Source: Bdellovibrionales bacterium Ga0074137
Lineage (GTDB): Bacteria > Bdellovibrionota > Bdellovibrionia > Bdellovibrionales > JAMPXM01
NCBI GenBank assembly: GCA_001464715.1
Contig: LNDT01000023.1
Coordinates: forward strand, 12,385-76,384
Length of the DNA stretch: 64,000 nucleotides
Direction: 5' to 3'
Shown: positions 8,440 through 16,784 of the stretch, one piece after another
Numbering within the stretch: position 1 is the stretch's first letter
Layout of the letters: each line of letters starts with the position of its first letter
Notes under the pieces: generated by a model
The model's input: only the letters and a program-made list of their open reading frames with translations
The model's database searches: none
What the model was told of the DNA's origin: nothing
Made by a program: the position numbers and the translations under genes

Positions 8440-9909
8440 TTAAGTCTCGTTTTCCGATTCAATTTGAATACGGTTTAGTTCGGCTAAATCAGCGTTTGCG
8501 AACTTTTCAAAAAACGCGCTCATTTTGTTGAGCTGGCTACGCTTCCATCGATGAAAATTCAGTGGGCAAAGCGGAAATGTGATGTGAATGCGGCGACTCG
8601 GCGACTCATTAACAATAAAGTGTGATTTTGCTACATTGACGACATACAGGGACCCATCCGCGGGAAGGTGGTAGGGTTTGCCGTCGACAAACAAAAGGCT
8701 GCGAGAGTCTGTGAGAACCGGAAAATGAAGCGTCACACTGAAGGGACCATCGATGTGCTCGGCCATCCGAAACCCTGACTCGGCCACTAAAATTCGCCCA
8801 CGAGTCAGATAGCACTCGGGTTCGACGAAATCGTAAAGTTCTTTAAAAAGGTCCCCGACGGAATTCCTTTTTAGAAACTCCGCCGGCTTCCGTTTCATAC
8901 TGGCTTCACCCCTGGGCGTGATGAAAAAAAGCTGCTCCATGGCATCGTAGAACGGATTCGCTTCATCGGAATACTGAAGCCCCAAGCCGGTGTACTTCTC
9001 GTACCCATCTTTTGCGACAGGAGGGTGGTCATTCAGTGCCTTGATTGCAATTTTCTTGTATTTTCCAACGTCAAATTTTTTTTTCGAGACTTTCAGGACA
9101 TCGAAGTCTTGTTTTAGAATTCTGCTTTTAAGTTCAGAGAGTTCAACGGTCGCAATAGCGGAGGAATCTGCAGATGGCCGGTCGTGTTCGCGGTGTTGTC
9201 CCTCGCTGGTGTTCATCATCCGATCCCAAATAGAAAAAAATATTCCGAAATTTACAGATTCATTCTGATGGTGGCGCGTATGAAATTCCGGCGTCACCGT
9301 CCACCACAAGGAAGGAGTTTTTTTTATCGCTAAGGACCAAAACTGGCTTCCGAGGTGGACGAAGATGGGAAGAAACATTGAAAATATGCCGGCGGTTTTC
9401 ATCACGCCCTGATGAACGGGAACGACAAAATAAATTGGGATCAGCCATAGCATATTGATGGCCGCTTCGATGGGACTCAAAAGGAAAGTACTGACCGGAC
9501 CGGGATACTTCTGGGTATGGTGCACGGAATGGACCGGTCGATAGAGGAATCGTGAATGAAGAGCTCGATGGGCCCAGTAGAGAAAAAAATCATGATAAAG
9601 CAGTAAGATCGGGAGGCTTAAATAATACCACAGCAGACTGTAGTCGCTTTTGTTGATGTAAATTTTCACCCACGGAGAAAAGATCGGAAGATCCAAAACC
9701 GCAAGGATAGTGGCGAAGATCGCCAGCGAAGTTATCGAAATAAAATATTCTTTCAAAACACCACGGAGCCTTTCCCCCCCGGGCTCACCTAAAATATGCC
9801 ATCGAAAGAACGACCTATCTGTAAAAAAAAGAAGCGTAAGAGCTGGCACGAGAAGAGCGTGATAGATCAGCAGTTGGTATTTAAAGTAGTAGAGGAAGAG
9901 TGGTGTCAT
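8440..9909 (-). CDS. Fusion protein: N-terminal fatty-acid hydroxylase/sterol-desaturase-family (di-iron, His-box) domain plus C-terminal aspartyl/asparaginyl beta-hydroxylase-like (LpxO/OlsC-type) cupin domain
   Basis: His boxes HRALH, HSVHH and HTRHH..NFG..WDRMMN lie in a membrane-embedded N-terminal half. The C-terminal half has MAEHIDG...TLHFPVL...LFVDGKPYHLP..VVNVAKSHFIVNES.SRRIHITF, which matches the Asp/Asn-hydroxylase fold pattern. ATG 9909 overlaps the upstream stop (ATGA). The longer ORF starting at 9954 is less likely. Confidence 0.7.
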   Translation of the reverse strand: MTPLFLYYFKYQLLIYHALLVPALTLLFFTDRSFFRWHILGEPGGERLRGVLKEYFISITSLAIFATILAVLDLPIFSPWVKIYINKSDYSLLWYYLSLPILLLYHDFFLYWAHRALHSRFLYRPVHSVHHTQKYPGPVSTFLLSPIEAAINMLWLIPIYFVVPVHQGVMKTAGIFSMFLPIFVHLGSQFWSLAIKKTPSLWWTVTPEFHTRHHQNESVNFGIFFSIWDRMMNTSEGQHREHDRPSADSSAIATVELSELKSRILKQDFDVLKVSKKKFDVGKYKKIAIKALNDHPPVAKDGYEKYTGLGLQYSDEANPFYDAMEQLFFITPRGEASMKRKPAEFLKRNSVGDLFKELYDFVEPECYLTRGRILVAESGFRMAEHIDGPFSVTLHFPVLTDSRSLLFVDGKPYHLPADGSLYVVNVAKSHFIVNESPSRRIHITFPLCPLNFHRWKRSQLNKMSAFFEKFANADLAELNRIQIESENET

Positions 9910-11486
9910 AGCGCATTCGCCAGCCGACCTTTGCTTGCGCTGAGTTCGGAGCAAAGATCTTTTTCATAAGTTTTGATCCACTGGTTCTCGAGCGTTCGGA
10001 TTCGCGCGTGAGTCAAACTGTCGATGGTGCCGCTTCGAATCTCGGCCAGAATTTGCTCGTGATCCATTCCCAGATTTCTCAGGCGAGGATATTGAAAGAT
10101 GGAGCCAATGGCGCTCTTGTTCATTCCGTTTTGCTTCAAACGGTTAATAACATTTCTTTGGATTTTGAGTGCTTTCGGGAAGTCCATCGCCGAATGCTTC
10201 CAGTAGTACGGAGAAAAGCTGACGGTTTCAAAGCCATATTTTTCGGGGAATCGCGAATAGTCGGCGTAGTCGATCGCGACTTTATCCAGTTTTTCTGAAT
10301 ACGGGAACAAAGATAGCACCGGCCAAAACGAAAGATCGAAGACGCGTGAGGTGATAACCCAGTCGAGAGTTTCGCTGATGCTTTCTTCGCTCTCGCCGGG
10401 GAGGCCAATAATGAACGAGCCCTTCATGATTGTTCGGTCGCCGTGTTTCTGTCGCGACTGCACAAACAATTCTTTTACCATTTCAGGTGGAGTGCCTTTT
10501 CCCGCTCGTTTGGCCACAGCGGCATTTAAGCTTTCGATACCCCAGAAGAGGCCTCGGGCCCCGGACTCGATCATTAAATCAAGAGTTTCAGGAAATTTAC
10601 AGGCGACGTCCACTCGCGCGTAACCGACCCATTCAATCTTGAAGGGAAGACTGAGTAGAGTTTCGCAGACCGCATTCACTTTGCTGCGGGTGTCGTTGAA
10701 GCAATCATCACAGAACTGATAAATTGTTGTTCCGAACATTTCATAGTTCCGAATCATCTCGGCACGCAGGGCTTCATTTGTTTGGCGAATGCTTCCTTGC
10801 TTTTCGAAGTGACAGAACTTGCAGTTGTAAAGACAGCCTTTGGCAATTTCAATCGGCAAAGACTCTTCTGGTTGAATGGCGTCTGTCCGGTCCCAAAGAA
10901 TACTTTGGACTGTTTTTGTTTCTGTTCCAAAGTTGGACTCAGTTAAATATTTCGCACCGTCGACAGTTGAAAAGGGAAGCGCCTCGCCGAGCTTCATTTT
11001 CGTCACCAAAGTAAGGAAAAATGATTCGGCTTTTCCAATAACGAAAAAATCAAACAGAGGCCGGATCTCGGGACGTTCCAGTCCGTAGAGCGCTTTTACT
11101 CCGCCAAGGACAACGGGAACGTCGCTCCGATGTGTCTTCCGAGAGACCACACTTCTAACTTTGCCGACAAAATCTTTGAGCTCTTCAGCGCTGTGGCACC
11201 AAAGAAATCCTGCACGGTAGTCAACGATGAAGGTGCTATCGAGCTGGGGCAAGCGAGTGTCGATACCCAAAAATGTACCTGAAAAACCGACAAATAAAGT
11301 TTCTGGTCCAACCGCTGATTCCAGAATATCGAAGAAGTTTTGGAGTTTCGTAAAGTGATCGATGACAACACAGGTAAGACCTTCAGCCCGCAGCATTGAG
11401 GCCAGAACGTAAGGCCCGATGGAACGACCCCAGCCAGGCTCGCCGTCAAGCTGGCTCACATCATTGAGGAGGACAACATGTGCCAT
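9906..11486 (-). CDS. B12-binding-domain (class B) radical SAM enzyme
   Basis: CxxxCxxC cluster motif IAKGCLYNCKFCHF. The N-terminal ~170 aa look like a Rossmann/B12-binding domain (VVLLND...LTCVVIDHF...VVLGGV). 526 aa. The start overlaps the upstream stop (TGATG). Confidence 0.8.
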   Translation of the reverse strand: MAHVVLLNDVSQLDGEPGWGRSIGPYVLASMLRAEGLTCVVIDHFTKLQNFFDILESAVGPETLFVGFSGTFLGIDTRLPQLDSTFIVDYRAGFLWCHSAEELKDFVGKVRSVVSRKTHRSDVPVVLGGVKALYGLERPEIRPLFDFFVIGKAESFFLTLVTKMKLGEALPFSTVDGAKYLTESNFGTETKTVQSILWDRTDAIQPEESLPIEIAKGCLYNCKFCHFEKQGSIRQTNEALRAEMIRNYEMFGTTIYQFCDDCFNDTRSKVNAVCETLLSLPFKIEWVGYARVDVACKFPETLDLMIESGARGLFWGIESLNAAVAKRAGKGTPPEMVKELFVQSRQKHGDRTIMKGSFIIGLPGESEESISETLDWVITSRVFDLSFWPVLSLFPYSEKLDKVAIDYADYSRFPEKYGFETVSFSPYYWKHSAMDFPKALKIQRNVINRLKQNGMNKSAIGSIFQYPRLRNLGMDHEQILAEIRSGTIDSLTHARIRTLENQWIKTYEKDLCSELSASKGRLANAL

Positions 11487-12331
11487 CAGTGCTCCTCCGA
11501 GATTGATTTTCGTTTTGGGTAGGGTTTCGAAATCAATTTTATAATTAGCGACCCGAGATCAAGTTCGCTTTTTTGGATTCCAAAAGAGGCGCGGTCTGGT
11601 TCGTGGTGGTGGTTGTTGTGGTAGCCCTCACCGAAACATAAAATTCCAAGCAATCGAAGGTTCACGCTGTTGTCACCAGTTTCGAAATTTCGGTATCCGA
11701 ATTGCCGTGAGTGACAGAAGAAATTTACAACGGCGACTCCGTGAAAGCTCAGAATGCTGGGTATAAGAAAGGCGTAGGTCGCAAACCGAGCGTCGATAGA
11801 AAATAGAGCTAAAGTCACCGACAGATAGATGAAGAAGTAGTTTCTATGCAGAAAACGATGAAATCGGCTTTTGACCAAATCCTCGCAGGACCTAACGGGC
11901 AGGCTCTCGCGATCGATAGACTTGAGCCAACCTAAGTAGCTCGATGCAAAGCCGTGAATCGGACTGTGGCGATCTCCACTCTCATCGGTGAATTTGTGGT
12001 GCCAGCCACGATGGATGGAGGCCCACAGAATGGGACTGCCTTGGCCCGCCAGACATGTCAGAACTGCGAGAAAACGTTCGACGCTTGGATGGACTGCAAA
12101 ACTGCGGTGAGAAAAGAGTCGATGAGCTGACACAGAAATACCAACACCATAGATAATGGAATAACCCACGGCGACAAGCAGCAGGTCTGAGACATGTACT
12201 CCAAGGTGAGCAATTAAAAAAGCCGCAGCAACATGTCGAACAAGGTGGAAAATAAACAGATTGTTACCGTAGGCGGTCGCACTTTTTTCCACTTTGAGTC
12301 TCACGAGGCCCTGATTTTCGTGAGGCCGCAA
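11486..12331 (-). CDS. Acyl-CoA/acyl-lipid (delta-9-type) fatty-acid desaturase, paralogue B
   Basis: Three His boxes: SAHRLFSHRSF, HRGWHHKFTDESGDRHSP and GEGYHNNHHHEP. An alternative GTG start at 12304 would give a GTGA overlap with the upstream stop. Confidence 0.85.
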   Translation of the reverse strand: MRPHENQGLVRLKVEKSATAYGNNLFIFHLVRHVAAAFLIAHLGVHVSDLLLVAVGYSIIYGVGISVSAHRLFSHRSFAVHPSVERFLAVLTCLAGQGSPILWASIHRGWHHKFTDESGDRHSPIHGFASSYLGWLKSIDRESLPVRSCEDLVKSRFHRFLHRNYFFIYLSVTLALFSIDARFATYAFLIPSILSFHGVAVVNFFCHSRQFGYRNFETGDNSVNLRLLGILCFGEGYHNNHHHEPDRASFGIQKSELDLGSLIIKLISKPYPKRKSISEEH

Positions 12332-13047
12332 ATGGTGGCTAGAAAGTACCCGGCATCAAACTCGCCTCGCTTCACAGCAAAATTAGGATTGCTGGGGGCG
12401 GCGTGATGATTGTTGTGTAGCGCTAGACCAAAAGTAAGAAAGCTAAGCGCTTTTTGGTTGTTAGAATCATCCGGCGTTTCAAAATTGCGATATCCGCTTT
12501 TCGAATGGCAAAACGTACTGACAACGGCGTTTTGATGGTAGGTGAGGATCATGACGGTCAATAAAGTCATAGCGGCCGTGGTGTCGATCAGGCCAATGAC
12601 GAGAAGGACGGCGTAATTTAAGGGAAGATAAAATTTGTGGGTAAGGCGAAAGTATCGCTCCCCTCGCAACTGTCGCACGGAAAGCAGGACCATCGAGGTA
12701 GCTTTTCGCAAGTATCCGATGTGGCTATTGTAGGCACCACCATTTCGAGGTGATGTGAAGTCACTTGGCGTGTCAGCCATCGGATGATGATAGCCAATAT
12801 GAAGTGATCTAAAAAAAAGAGGACTGCCGTTGAGGGTTAGTAACCCTAGGCTATAGAGAATTTTTTGAAGTGCGCTGGGCAGTTTGAAATGCTGATGGCA
12901 AAGCTCTCGATGATAACCAATCTCAAGCCCCAGCCCTCCTAGGAGGATCCAAAGTGGAACGACCGCCACCCCATAGACTTGCGACGGTCCAAAATAGATC
13001 AACCCGCCAAGCCACAGAATGTGGGCGGGAACTATTAAGCTATACAT
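12301..13047 (-). CDS. Acyl-CoA/acyl-lipid (delta-9-type) fatty-acid desaturase, paralogue A (divergent)
   Basis: His boxes GYHRELCHQHF, HIGYHHPMADTPSDFTSP and GLALHNNHHAAP. ATG 13047 follows a GGGAGGGG RBS. The maximal ORF extends to ATG 13110 but has no RBS there. Confidence 0.8.
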   Translation of the reverse strand: MYSLIVPAHILWLGGLIYFGPSQVYGVAVVPLWILLGGLGLEIGYHRELCHQHFKLPSALQKILYSLGLLTLNGSPLFFRSLHIGYHHPMADTPSDFTSPRNGGAYNSHIGYLRKATSMVLLSVRQLRGERYFRLTHKFYLPLNYAVLLVIGLIDTTAAMTLLTVMILTYHQNAVVSTFCHSKSGYRNFETPDDSNNQKALSFLTFGLALHNNHHAAPSNPNFAVKRGEFDAGYFLATICGLTKIRAS

Positions 13048-13202
13048 TTCCCCTCCCGACTCACTCTTGCGGACGCCTTGCGCGTCAATACATCTAAATG
13101 GTACCGTCATGTGTAGTTACTGTCAAAGTTCCGAGGCCCACCTAATGTATAGCTTAGGGTTTAATGGAGCTGGGGAAATTGCATTTTACAAGTAGGTGAA
13201 TT

Positions 13203-14213
13203 TTGAAATCACGTTTCCGATGGTTCGATTTTTTCCTGCTAGCCTGTGTCGTCATTTCAGGAATTTTTATATTTACCTACCTGACGCGGACCCCGACTAA
13301 GAACGTCGTCGTACAGCAAGCACCGACGGTGGCGCCCGGCGCTTTATCGCCAGTGAAACCTGAACTGCTGAAGCCCGAGCCGATCGCGCTCGAAATTCCT
13401 GCGTTAGACTTTAAGCCTGCGAACTTGGCCGCAGTTCTTGAAGATCCTAAAAACCTGAAATTTAAGTCGGGTCAAATTCAACAAACTCGACGATGCAGTC
13501 GTACTGCCAATTGGGGACCCGGGGCCTTCGGCATAACTTCCAACGTCGTCGCTGAAGGTTTCAGTAGCAACCGGCTGAATATTGTCTTCGGGCCGGGAAA
13601 CAAAAATTGCTTCAAGACAGGCGAGGTTGTTCAGTTTGTCGCAATGGAAGAAAACCCAAAAGCTGACCGCCCGTATTTTCGCTTGCTCGGCGAGACAAAA
13701 ATTAGAGCTATTTTCGAAGTGCCGCCCGCGGACGTTCCGGAGGAATTGCTGAAAGCCGGCGGATTGAACCGGAATTCCTACATGGAATACCTCGCTGGTG
13801 AGGCTACCGACATTGTCTTTTTCATCGACCCTATCGTAAAGGCGAGCTCCGCTCGAACGAAGAAAACCACAATCGTCTTTCCTCGAATTGAGATTGTCAC
13901 AGCGGCCGAGCTTCAGACGTTTAAGGCCAGTTATAAAAACCTGAAATCGATCGACCTTCGCACCTCCGCTGCGGCAACTCCTTTGAATCTAAAATTAGAT
14001 CCCTTTAACCCCAAGGTCACTCCGAGCCGCTTGTCAGAAGTTTCACTTCCGCCATCTTGGATGGAGCTTGTATCGGCGAACAACTCGAGGCGTGATCAGC
14101 CGATTTTGGTCGTATGCGATGAAAATCACGAGGCTCGCTGCTTGGCTTTGTTGTCGGCGCTGGCGACGATGAATTTATCGAACGTCAACGTCACTTACAC
14201 CCAGTTCTACTGA
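13203..14213 (+). CDS. Membrane-anchored hypothetical protein with a weak C-terminal rhodanese-like segment
   Basis: TTG start after AGGTGA. N-terminal TM helix WFDFFLLACVVISGIFIFTYL. The C-terminal QPILVVCDENHEARCLALLSALATMNLSNVNV resembles the end of a rhodanese domain (weak match). Confidence 0.45.
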   Translation: MKSRFRWFDFFLLACVVISGIFIFTYLTRTPTKNVVVQQAPTVAPGALSPVKPELLKPEPIALEIPALDFKPANLAAVLEDPKNLKFKSGQIQQTRRCSRTANWGPGAFGITSNVVAEGFSSNRLNIVFGPGNKNCFKTGEVVQFVAMEENPKADRPYFRLLGETKIRAIFEVPPADVPEELLKAGGLNRNSYMEYLAGEATDIVFFIDPIVKASSARTKKTTIVFPRIEIVTAAELQTFKASYKNLKSIDLRTSAAATPLNLKLDPFNPKVTPSRLSEVSLPPSWMELVSANNSRRDQPILVVCDENHEARCLALLSALATMNLSNVNVTYTQFY

Positions 14214-14873
14214 TTCGCTGATCTGCTTTTGGAACTCGGCCTTAAACGCGGTTTCAGAGTGAAGTTGCCTATTCAGAAGCTCTTGTTTCCGATGCACTTG
14301 TTTAAGAGTTCCTGATCGTATGTGAATTGGGTGGTCGTGGAGGAGAGAGCCTGCGAGGCTTTTCTCACCAGGGAAAAAAGACTCTGATCCGGCTGGTATC
14401 AAGGCTTCAGTCACCCAATGATATCGGGTCAGCTCGGGCATCATGCGAAGAAAAGCTTTGAGCCCATGGCGCTCGTGACGGCTGCGCATGGGGGCCGCAA
14501 AAAAATGACGGTAGAGTCCAAGGTTCTCGCCGATCGTCACAAGTCTCGCGTAACAAGCAATGACGCCGTTGTCGGTCACACGGAGCTCGTAGCCTGGACC
14601 TGCGGACTTTAAATTCATCAGCGTCCAGAATGGGAATTTGTCCCAAATATACATGCAAGCAATGGCGGACAGGCGTCCTTCCAGGAAAGCGCCAACCATG
14701 ACTCGTCTCGAATTTAGGTTGGAAAGGTATTTTTCGCTGAGCTCTGAAAACAAACTCAAATATGAATCAGTGATTGGAGTTTTCATGAGGTCGGATCGAG
14801 ATTTGGCGAGATTGATGACTGAATTTTTATCATTGAGGTTCAGCACTCGCGTCGAGAGAGGAGCTGGTTTCAT
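14175..14873 (-). CDS. Hypothetical protein (possibly acyltransferase-like fold; unassigned)
   Basis: ORF on the same strand as the upstream 14891-15319 gene. Internal ATG 14873 avoids a 94-nt overlap with that gene. The 3' end overlaps the convergent 13203-14213 ORF by 39 nt. I recognise no diagnostic motif. Confidence 0.4.
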   Translation of the reverse strand: MKPAPLSTRVLNLNDKNSVINLAKSRSDLMKTPITDSYLSLFSELSEKYLSNLNSRRVMVGAFLEGRLSAIACMYIWDKFPFWTLMNLKSAGPGYELRVTDNGVIACYARLVTIGENLGLYRHFFAAPMRSRHERHGLKAFLRMMPELTRYHWVTEALIPAGSESFFPGEKSLAGSLLHDHPIHIRSGTLKQVHRKQELLNRQLHSETAFKAEFQKQISESVELGVSDVDVR

Positions 14874-14890
14874 ACCGGTGACTTTCGAAA

Positions 14891-15319
14891 CTACGTTTCT
14901 ATTTCGCGTGCTGAGACGACGTATTTGAACCCAGCCTTCTTGAACTGAGTCCGGTTGAAGACGCCTGTGAGGCGACGTTCCCATGCTATGAAGCTATCTT
15001 TATCTTTGAATTCGAGAACCCATTTTGTTTGCTGAGGTGAGAATGCAAACGACTGCTGTCTTAGTGCGGACGTGCCCAGAAATTCAGAATTGAGTTCTCG
15101 CAGCGCGATCTCATTTTCCCATTCTCGTCGGGCCCGAGCGAATTCGGCTTCTGTCAATTCTTTTGGGAAAAGACAATTAATCTCGCACACAAAACCTGAG
15201 GTGGGCGCTAATCCAGTTGTTTCGCGTCTCGAAATAAATCCCAAGCCCAGGTGTCCAATGACCGCTGCCGCCAAAAGGCCAAGACCATCACCGACAAGTT
15301 TTCGACGACTATTGGACAC
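14891..15319 (-). CDS. Hypothetical small protein with an N-terminal hydrophobic/Tat-like segment
   Basis: MSNSRRKLVGDGLGLLAAAVIGHLGLG followed by a soluble ~100-aa domain. No recognisable family. Confidence 0.4.
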   Translation of the reverse strand: MSNSRRKLVGDGLGLLAAAVIGHLGLGFISRRETTGLAPTSGFVCEINCLFPKELTEAEFARARREWENEIALRELNSEFLGTSALRQQSFAFSPQQTKWVLEFKDKDSFIAWERRLTGVFNRTQFKKAGFKYVVSAREIET

Positions 15320-15510
15320 GTTAATCCCCCAGAATGAAACGCGATAGCAACATAGCTACCCCTTATGATAGCACGACAGATCTTAACAAAGTTCAAAGTT
15401 TTTGACTTCAGATTCTATCAGACGCTCATCGCGCTCGCACCGCTGCATTTTGGCCAGACAAACGTCTGTGTGTCTCGGTTTGAGTCGGTCATGACCTCGT
15501 CAAATCGATC

Positions 15511-16686
15511 TTAAGGAGTGATTGTCTTAATGAAGCGGTTCACTTTACCGTCGACTTGAACGACGACAGCACTCTTTGTCGCGTCTCGTTTTTCGTTGAT
15601 CGTGATGACGCCGGTGACGCCGACAAAGTTTTTAGTTTTTGCGATTTCGTCGCGAATATTTTTAGGAGTGATTTCGGTCGTTCGCTCCATCGCTTCGATC
15701 AAAATATTGGCCGCATCGTAGCCAAGGGCTCCGAGACCATCGGGAGTCTTACCTTTGTACGCTTCGCGGTACTTTCGAATGAACTCAGTGACGACTGGCT
15801 CTGTGCTTTCGGTTGTGTAGTGGTTTGAAAAGTAACTTCCTTTGATCGCGTCCTGCCCGAGTTCAGAAAGTTTTTCCGAATCCCAACCATCACCACCTAA
15901 AAGCGGAATCGACATTCCCAACTGACGCGTCTGGCGGGCGATCAATCCAACTTCAGTGTAATAGCCAGGAACAAAAATCGCCTCAGGGTTTTTACCCTTA
16001 AGTTGTGTGAGCTGTGCTTTGAAATCCGTTTCGCCAGCTTGGTAAGATTCGTCGGCGACAATAGTTCCACCCAGTTTCTTAAATTCCGCAGCGAAGACAT
16101 CGGCAAGACCTGTCGAGTAGTCAGACTTCACGTCTCTTAGAATTGCGACGCGTTTTTTCTTGATCTCAAGCGCCGCGAATTTTGCCATCACGAGGCCTTG
16201 AAAAGGATCGATGAAGCAAACTCGAAAAATGTAGTCGCCAACTTCCGTGACCTTTGGGTTTGTCGAAGATGGTGTAATCATCGGAACTTGATATTGCTGA
16301 GCGACCGGCGCGGCCGCCAGCGACCGACTTGATGCGACTTCGCCAAGCACCGCAACAACTCGGTCTTGAGTGACGAGACGCTGCACAGCCGCGCGCGCCT
16401 CTTCCGGTTTTCCCTGGTTGTCGAGCGAGATGAGGCGAAGCTGCTTTCCTTTGACTCCGCCCAACTTATTTTTCTCTGCAAACGCGAGTTTTACACCCTC
16501 GGACGTCGACTGGCCAAACGTTGCTTCGGATCCACTGAACGAACCGTATTCGCCGACAACGATCTCGTTCGTATTTTCTGCTTTTTTCGTGCAAGCAGCG
16601 CCCGCAAGCAAAACGAGAGCAAGGCCGAAAGACAAAACGGAAGGCAAAATGAAAGAACGTCGTGCGAACGAACGGAAATTAGTCAC
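15511..16686 (-). CDS. Branched-chain amino-acid ABC transporter substrate-binding (LivJ/LivK-type) lipoprotein
   Basis: GTG 16686 lies 6 nt after GGAGG. Signal peptide plus LLAGAAC lipobox. The body (IVVGEYGSFSGSEATFGQS...PMITPSSTNPKVT...FVPGYY) is typical of type-I periplasmic Leu/Ile/Val-binding proteins. The upstream ATG at 16818 would overlap pfkA. Confidence 0.8.
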   Translation of the reverse strand: MTNFRSFARRSFILPSVLSFGLALVLLAGAACTKKAENTNEIVVGEYGSFSGSEATFGQSTSEGVKLAFAEKNKLGGVKGKQLRLISLDNQGKPEEARAAVQRLVTQDRVVAVLGEVASSRSLAAAPVAQQYQVPMITPSSTNPKVTEVGDYIFRVCFIDPFQGLVMAKFAALEIKKKRVAILRDVKSDYSTGLADVFAAEFKKLGGTIVADESYQAGETDFKAQLTQLKGKNPEAIFVPGYYTEVGLIARQTRQLGMSIPLLGGDGWDSEKLSELGQDAIKGSYFSNHYTTESTEPVVTEFIRKYREAYKGKTPDGLGALGYDAANILIEAMERTTEITPKNIRDEIAKTKNFVGVTGVITINEKRDATKSAVVVQVDGKVNRFIKTITP

Positions 16687-16784
16687 AGGTATCCTCCAGG
16701 ATAGGAGCTTTAACCCTACACGCCGCAGGGCTTTCGGGGGACCTGCGAACGCACGTTTTCGCGCCGCGACACCGTTCGACAGCG

